DNA of 64,000 bases from Nitrosopumilus sp. (GTDB lineage: Archaea; Thermoproteota; Nitrososphaeria; Nitrososphaerales; Nitrosopumilaceae), in NCBI GenBank assembly GCA_965205215.1, contig OZ242041.1:1504001-1568000 (forward strand), in the 5' to 3' direction. The notes beneath the pieces are model-generated. The model saw only the letters and a program-made list of their open reading frames with translations. It had not been told where the DNA came from and did not search any database. The translations under genes were made by a program, and so were the position numbers. Of the stretch, positions 58,688-64,000 are shown in pieces. Position 1 is the first letter of the stretch; every line of letters starts with the position of its first letter.

Positions 58688-59785
58688 TCAGAGCCTGCGT
58701 ATCGCCCCGAAGTGGGTGTTTCGCTGCACGGGGCTCCGCCCTATCTCCCGCGCCATCTCGGCCAGCTCGTCAAGCGACGAGGACGTAGGCCTGCCGGCCG
58801 CCCTGTATATCTCCTCGGAGAACGCGGTGCCGACCAGGTCGTTTCCGCCGTTGCACAAAGCGACCTGGGCGAGCTTTTTGCCGTACGCGACCCAGTACAC
58901 CGATATGTTGTCAAGGACCCCCGCAAGCATCAGCCTGGATATGGCGATTATTCGCATGTCGTACAGGGACGAGCACTCGTGCCGGACCAGTCCGTCCTGC
59001 TCCAGCTCCGTGTTCTCCAGGCTGAACTTTAGTGGTATGAGGGTCAGAAATCCGCCCGTCTTTTTCTGAAGGTCGCGTATCTTCACCAGGTGGTCTATCA
59101 CGTGCTCCGGCCTCTCGATGTGGCCGTACAGCATAGTAACGTTGCTCTTGATGCCCATCCCGTGCGCCTGCTCGATCACGTCGAGCCACTCCTGCCCGGT
59201 GCACTTGCCGCGCACTATCTTGCGCCGCACGTCGGGATGAAACAGCTCGGCGCCCCCGCCCGGCATCGAGTCAAGCCCCGCGCCTTTCAGCCGGGAGAGG
59301 ATCTCGCCAGTCGAGTTCTTTGTGAGCTTTGAGAGGTAAAAAATCTCGGCCGCGGTGAGCGCCTTTACGTTCATCTCCGGGTGCTTTTCTTTTATGGTTC
59401 TGATCATGTCCTCGTAATACTCAAGCGGCAGGCTGGGATGAAACCCGCCCACTATGTGCACCTCAGTTGCGCCCATCTGCTTTGCAATGCCGACGCGCTT
59501 TTCAATCTCCCCGGGGGCAAGCGTGTACGCGTCGTCGGCGCCGTCCTTGCGGTAGAACGCGCACATCTGGCAGCTGGCGGCGCACACGTTGGTGTAGTTC
59601 ATGTAGTATGATGCGACGAACGAGACGTCGTCCCCGGCAAGCTGCCTCCTTGCAGAGTCCGCCGCCGCCCCTAGCGCGTGTATGTTTTCCATGTTCAGCA
59701 AGTCCATGCCGTCCTTGGCCGAGAGTTCCTCGCCGGACATTGCGCGCCCCAGAGCGTCGGGACAGTCCACAAGCTGCTGAGGCAT
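58688..59785 (-). CDS. mqnE: CofH/MqnC/MqnE-family radical SAM protein, most likely aminofutalosine synthase
   Basis: NYTNVCAASCQMCAF, EVHIVGGFHP, MPGGGAE, TMLYGHIE, FLTLIPL; lies close to mqnD. Confidence 0.75.
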   Translation of the reverse strand: MPQQLVDCPDALGRAMSGEELSAKDGMDLLNMENIHALGAAADSARRQLAGDDVSFVASYYMNYTNVCAASCQMCAFYRKDGADDAYTLAPGEIEKRVGIAKQMGATEVHIVGGFHPSLPLEYYEDMIRTIKEKHPEMNVKALTAAEIFYLSKLTKNSTGEILSRLKGAGLDSMPGGGAELFHPDVRRKIVRGKCTGQEWLDVIEQAHGMGIKSNVTMLYGHIERPEHVIDHLVKIRDLQKKTGGFLTLIPLKFSLENTELEQDGLVRHECSSLYDMRIIAISRLMLAGVLDNISVYWVAYGKKLAQVALCNGGNDLVGTAFSEEIYRAAGRPTSSSLDELAEMAREIGRSPVQRNTHFGAIRRL

Positions 59786-60029
59786 GCGCGCCCAAGCCCC
59801 GTGTGGAATATATGCCTTGATAGGCGTGGATTCCCGCGCAAAGTCGCGTGTCGGAGGCCGGTATGATGCCCTGGCCTCGGTTGCAGTGCCCAAACGCGGC
59901 GCTGCCAGCTCTTGCAGCATAGTCGCAGGCGCACGGACACGCAGGGGTCCGGTACGGGCCGCGTCCGGGGCGGGGGGGACGGCCACACCTTGCAAAAGAG
60001 ATAATTGAAGACCATGGCTGTTCCCGCAT

Positions 60030-60206
60030 ATGGTGCTTCCAATCGTAGACGAGGCCAAGCCAAAGTGCCACGCGTGCCACGAGGGGTTCGACGACATAGA
60101 CGGCCTCAGGGAGCACCAGCTCCGGGCGCACAAAGAAGAGTACGAGAGGGATGATCAGGCCTCAAGCAAGAGGGGTCCCGCTCCGGGCGACGTTTCGGTG
60201 TTCTAG
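60030..60206 (+). CDS. Small C2H2 zinc-finger protein (58 aa)
   Basis: Hand translation MVLPIVDEAKPKCHACHEGFDDIDGLREHQLRAH...PAPGDVSVF*. Confidence 0.7.
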   Translation: MVLPIVDEAKPKCHACHEGFDDIDGLREHQLRAHKEEYERDDQASSKRGPAPGDVSVF

Positions 60207-60305
60207 AAGGGCGCAAGGGCTCATCCCAGATGCGGGGCGCGCGACGGGAGGTAGAGGGAATGACGTGCCGCGGCCAATGCAGTGGCAGCAGGCCCGTGCC
60301 ACCCG

Positions 60306-60800
60306 TCACGGTGCGCCGTGCGGATCTGTCTTTTCTTCGAGCATCTTCATGGCCATGTCGCGGGATATGCGGGCGAGTTCCAGCTCGGGGTCTCCGCCCA
60401 GAGCATCATCAAAGTGCCTTATTGCATCCTCCAGCTCGCCCAGCTCGGCAAGCGACAGGCCCTTGTAGAGGAGGGCGAGCGTGGACGCTTTGCCGCCGCG
60501 CAGCAGGAGGTCGTAGCACGCGATCGCGTCCCTGTAGTCCCCTTCGGCATGCAGGGCAGAGCCCTTGTTGAGCAGGGCGTCGGGGTTGCCGGGCTCGGCG
60601 CGCAGCGCCTTGTCATAGCATGCGACCGCACGCCTCATGTGGCCCAGGTTCTGAAGGACTGCCCCCTTGTTTAGCAGCGCGCCGACGTTGCGGGGATCCT
60701 GCTTTAACAGCTCGTCAAGCAGCTGCATTGCGCCATAGAGATCCTCATCCTCTATCAGATACGAGGCGTCACGGATCAGTTTCTCCGCGGCCGAATCCAT
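60306..60800 (-). CDS. Tetratricopeptide repeat protein
   Basis: Repeats of ALLNKG.AL...A..CYD.AL. Confidence 0.88.
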   Translation of the reverse strand: MDSAAEKLIRDASYLIEDEDLYGAMQLLDELLKQDPRNVGALLNKGAVLQNLGHMRRAVACYDKALRAEPGNPDALLNKGSALHAEGDYRDAIACYDLLLRGGKASTLALLYKGLSLAELGELEDAIRHFDDALGGDPELELARISRDMAMKMLEEKTDPHGAP

Positions 60801-60883
60801 GCCGTACGTTGCAGAGTATTGAATATACGAGCTTTGATCGCGCGCCCCGGCGACGAGAGGGAAAAGGCAGGTGCGCGCATAAA

Positions 60884-61117
60884 TCAAGAAGAGTCGCGGT
60901 CACGCGGATCTATCCGGAGCGACCGCTCAAAGTATTCCACCGACTCGGTGTACCTGCCGAGGCTCCGGAGGGCCACACCGGCGCGGTTCCACAGGTCCGG
61001 GTCCCCGCCGTCCAGTTTTAGGGCCTCCTCAAACAGGGCCAACGCCTCCTCAAACCTGCCCTCCTGCATGAGCGAATCGCCCCTCGCAACGAGGCCGTCC
61101 TTTGCAGTCCCAGCCAT
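60884..61117 (-). CDS. Small tetratricopeptide repeat protein
   Basis: GRFEEALALFEEAL, LWNRAGVALRSLGRY. Confidence 0.85.
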   Translation of the reverse strand: MAGTAKDGLVARGDSLMQEGRFEEALALFEEALKLDGGDPDLWNRAGVALRSLGRYTESVEYFERSLRIDPRDRDSS

Positions 61118-61375
61118 GTGTATGAGACGGCGCGCGCATTAAAAACCGTTTAACGGGACAGAGGGACGCGCATGCGCGCGGCATGGCGGCCCTCGACGCG
61201 GCTGCCCCGGTCATGGGCGCGCCCAAAGATGCAGGAGGCATGGTGCCAAGGCCGCGATGCCGCCGGCTCCTGTCAGGTGGCGCCCACGGAAGGAGAGCGG
61301 TGCCCCCGCGCAGGTGCTTGCGCGCCGAGAAGCCACTCCAAATAAGATTATAAGTAATTCCCGCCCATTCTGTTT

Positions 61376-61861
61376 GTGACCAAACCCATAGAACCCCCAG
61401 AAGAGGCGCGACAGCACGAAAGATACGACCACAAGGACGAGCTTATAATGAAGAACCTCATGAGCGACGCCAGGCGCTCCGCGCGCCAACTGTCCCTCGC
61501 GGTAGGGCTGTCGACCGTAACGGTACTGAGCAGAATAAAGCGGCTTGAGAAGACGGGAGTCATACAGGGATACCACGCCAGCATCAACCACGAAAAGGTC
61601 GGATACGGGCTGACTGCAATCATAGAGGTTGTTGCAGAAAAGAACAAGATCAGTCACATCGAGGGGTCGATATCCAAGTATGAAAACGTCTGCGCCGTGT
61701 ACGACATGACGGGCGCAACGGACATGCTCATAATTGCAAAATTCAGGTCGAGGCAGGAACTGAGCGCGTTTGTCAAGGGACTGGGGGACATAACGCACGT
61801 GAAGAATACGATAACCCACGTGGTACTGAACACGGTAAAAGAAGACTTTAGGCTGATGTGA
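61376..61861 (+). CDS. Lrp/AsnC family transcriptional regulator
   Basis: DARRSARQLS..VGLS..TVLSRIKRLEKTGVIQGY, VYDMTGATD. Confidence 0.92.
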   Translation: MTKPIEPPEEARQHERYDHKDELIMKNLMSDARRSARQLSLAVGLSTVTVLSRIKRLEKTGVIQGYHASINHEKVGYGLTAIIEVVAEKNKISHIEGSISKYENVCAVYDMTGATDMLIIAKFRSRQELSAFVKGLGDITHVKNTITHVVLNTVKEDFRLM

Positions 61862-61888
61862 ATGGCATAAATAATCACAGAGCGTATT

Positions 61889-62620
61889 TTGCCCGTGTCA
61901 TACTGGATTTTCGCGCACGCCGGGCTTGCGGCGGGGGTCCTGGCGTTGGCCGTGGCGGCGTCCGCAGCGGCGACTGCAGAGGCGACTGCAGCGGAGACGC
62001 TGCCGGCACCGACGGGGGAGATGGAAGCGTCGCTTGTTCACGCCGTTGTACTGGCGCCGCCCCCGCTGCAGCAGCACGCATACGCGCAGGAGCCGGGGCT
62101 CAACATGGAGCTGGAGGTGTCAGACGAGGAGACCGTTGCGGTGCTTGTGGGGTTTGCCGCCGCGGTGATCGGGATCTTTTTGTTCCTTGCAAGGGACACA
62201 ATCCTGCGAAGGAGAAACGACTACGACAACTCAGAGGAGTACGCCTCAAAAAAGGAGCGCACGTATGAAAAGTACCACTCGTCATGGACAGACGACTACG
62301 AGGAGGTGGGAACGAGGAGGAAGAAGGGCCGGCAGGATGCCGCAAGAGAGTTCTTCGAGGACGCAAGTGGCGGCCGGCTTCCCGACTATTACGGGATTCT
62401 GGGCGTCAGCCACGACGCGACCAAGCCCGAGATAAAGGAAGCGTTCAGGAGGCTTGCAAAGGAGGCACATCCGGACAGGGCCGGACAGGCGGGCGGCAGA
62501 AAGGGCGGCGGCAGCGACGCGCCCGATCCCGACATTACAATGGCGGAGATCAACAAGGCGTACGAGGTGCTGTCCGACGACGATCTGAGAAAAGAGTACG
62601 ACACGCATATGGGCAGATAA
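61889..62620 (+). CDS. Membrane-anchored J-domain (DnaJ-like) protein
   Basis: [31 protein letters not shown]...YD; N-terminal hydrophobic segments. Confidence 0.88.
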   Translation: MPVSYWIFAHAGLAAGVLALAVAASAAATAEATAAETLPAPTGEMEASLVHAVVLAPPPLQQHAYAQEPGLNMELEVSDEETVAVLVGFAAAVIGIFLFLARDTILRRRNDYDNSEEYASKKERTYEKYHSSWTDDYEEVGTRRKKGRQDAAREFFEDASGGRLPDYYGILGVSHDATKPEIKEAFRRLAKEAHPDRAGQAGGRKGGGSDAPDPDITMAEINKAYEVLSDDDLRKEYDTHMGR

Positions 62621-62791
62621 ACTAGCCGCCCTGCAGAAGGGAGGCGCATCCTCACGCCGTGCCCGGCCTGCAAGTGTACTGCCATTGCCAAGGAAAAAAG
62701 CAAGTCCGCGTCCGAAGAGTGCGACGCTTGGATGAAAAGAAGCTCCTACGGAGTGCACGACCGGCAAGCGCTGCGCACAGGGGATAACTTG

Positions 62792-63346
62792 TCAGGGGTT
62801 TTTCGGCCCTGTTCTGGAAATACGCCGCAGCTCGTCGTGTCTCATGCTGGAGCCGAGCCGGGGATCTACCACGTCCACCACCACAAGTACGAGCTGCACG
62901 CGCGACTCCGACGGCTCCTCCACGCTGCCCGTAACGTTTGCCACAAGGCTGACCGTCACGCTTCCGGGGGCGGCGCGGATGTCCACCCGCACTGCCGCAA
63001 AGTCCGTTCCGGGCCCCAGCATCCTGGGCGTGACCTTGTCAAGTATGGATGCGTCACGCGCGAAACAGTTTATGCGGCATATCGGACTCTTCGTGAAATA
63101 GGTCCGGTTGTCATCACCAGAGCCGCGCGCCGGGACGTCCCGCTCCGGGGGCGGCCCGCTTACAGTCACGTCGCGCAGGACGTACGTGGCGGGCCCGTCG
63201 TCGGCGTCGCCGTCTCTGCTGGCATCGCCGCCAAAGCGTGCGACAAACTCAAAAGAGCCCAGGGAGGCAAGCCTGGACAGCTCCGTGCGCAGCTGCAGGT
63301 TGTGGTCCTGCTTGGCGCCGCGCGTGTGGTCATCCTCCCCGCTCAC
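62792..63346 (-). CDS. Hypothetical protein
   Basis: Beta-rich ORF (RTYFT...MLGPGTDF...LVANVTG); probable GTG start. Confidence 0.5.
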   Translation of the reverse strand: MSGEDDHTRGAKQDHNLQLRTELSRLASLGSFEFVARFGGDASRDGDADDGPATYVLRDVTVSGPPPERDVPARGSGDDNRTYFTKSPICRINCFARDASILDKVTPRMLGPGTDFAAVRVDIRAAPGSVTVSLVANVTGSVEEPSESRVQLVLVVVDVVDPRLGSSMRHDELRRISRTGPKNP

Positions 63347-63573
63347 GCGGGTACGTCCAAGGCCAGGAGTATTGAACCTTGTGCATGCGGCGCCCCCGTG
63401 ATCTGACGCGGTGCCAAGGGGAGGCCTGCGTGCCAAGTGGGGTTAACCGGCCAGCCGCGTCCAGCTTCCAGCAAAAAAACTGCCCTTCGCGCCCAGAGCC
63501 ACGCCTGCCGCAAGGCCGCCGCCCCCGGCCGCGCGCGGTGATCTTTAAAAGCACGCCACGAAACCAATATGAT

Positions 63574-64000
63574 ATGCAGGTGACTGCAGCATACACGCAC
63601 GCAACAAAGGAGACAATACTGGACCTTATGAGGCGGCGTGGCATCGACAAGGAGTGCTACAGAGAGATGCTAGACTATACTATAAACCTCTTTGAAACCA
63701 AGGGGCTTGGCACCAAGTACTACGGATACCACAACATCAGGCACGAGCTGGAGGTCACGTACATGACCCTGCTTGCCATGGATCAGGACATGATCAACAT
63801 TACGCAGAGCGACATAGAACACCTGTATGTCGCGGCGCTCTTTCACGACTTGGATCCGCTAAAGAACGTGGACAAGCCGCACGAGGAGAGCGTTCTGAAC
63901 TTCATATCCAGAGACGAGAACCTGCAGAAACAGATCCGGGCGGCCGGAATAGACTTTGAGATTGTAAAGGTGCTGATACTGCGCACCACGTATCCTTGGA
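63574..64000 (+). CDS. HD-domain metal-dependent phosphohydrolase (partial, runs off the window end)
   Basis: Hand translation: YYGYHNIRHELEV...LYVAALFHDLDP..DKPHEE...ILRTTYPW. Confidence 0.85.
   Translation, partial: MQVTAAYTHATKETILDLMRRRGIDKECYREMLDYTINLFETKGLGTKYYGYHNIRHELEVTYMTLLAMDQDMINITQSDIEHLYVAALFHDLDPLKNVDKPHEESVLNFISRDENLQKQIRAAGIDFEIVKVLILRTTYPW

Noticed and set aside
56999-59785. Futalosine-pathway genes as a novelty
   Set aside because: Menaquinone synthesis via futalosine is already known for Thaumarchaeota

Overview
This window comes from a high-GC archaeal chromosome. Gene content and protein style point to an ammonia-oxidising thaumarchaeote (Nitrosopumilaceae), probably a sponge/host-associated lineage resembling Cenarchaeum; this is inferred from GC-rich codon usage, remnants of a giant repeat protein and low-complexity insertions. 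Most genes are housekeeping: HMG-CoA synthase, bioD/A/B/F, CcdA plus a redoxin, an ESCRT-III/CdvB paralogue, proteasome alpha subunit, thrC, ilvE, thiolase, purK/purE, ilvA, CBS-TrkH, CDC48/VAT, EF-2, mqnD/mqnE and Lrp. Accessory material includes a headless beta-propeller/Fn3 gene fragment, an AbiE-like type IV toxin-antitoxin pair and an IS remnant, all inside the biotin cluster, plus a Fic gene beside a decayed restriction-modification-like gene. Three observations stand out. (1) A secreted ~870-aa protein has four tandem Cache domains and a solute-binding domain but no signalling output. (2) It lies co-oriented downstream of ilvE and a truncated LeuA paralogue with altered active-site motifs. 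(3) A convergent pair of Cys/His-rich metallothionein-like microproteins is missing from the ORF track. No rRNA, tRNA or CRISPR array was seen. Family calls rest on motif recognition, not database searches, and start codons were refined by eye.
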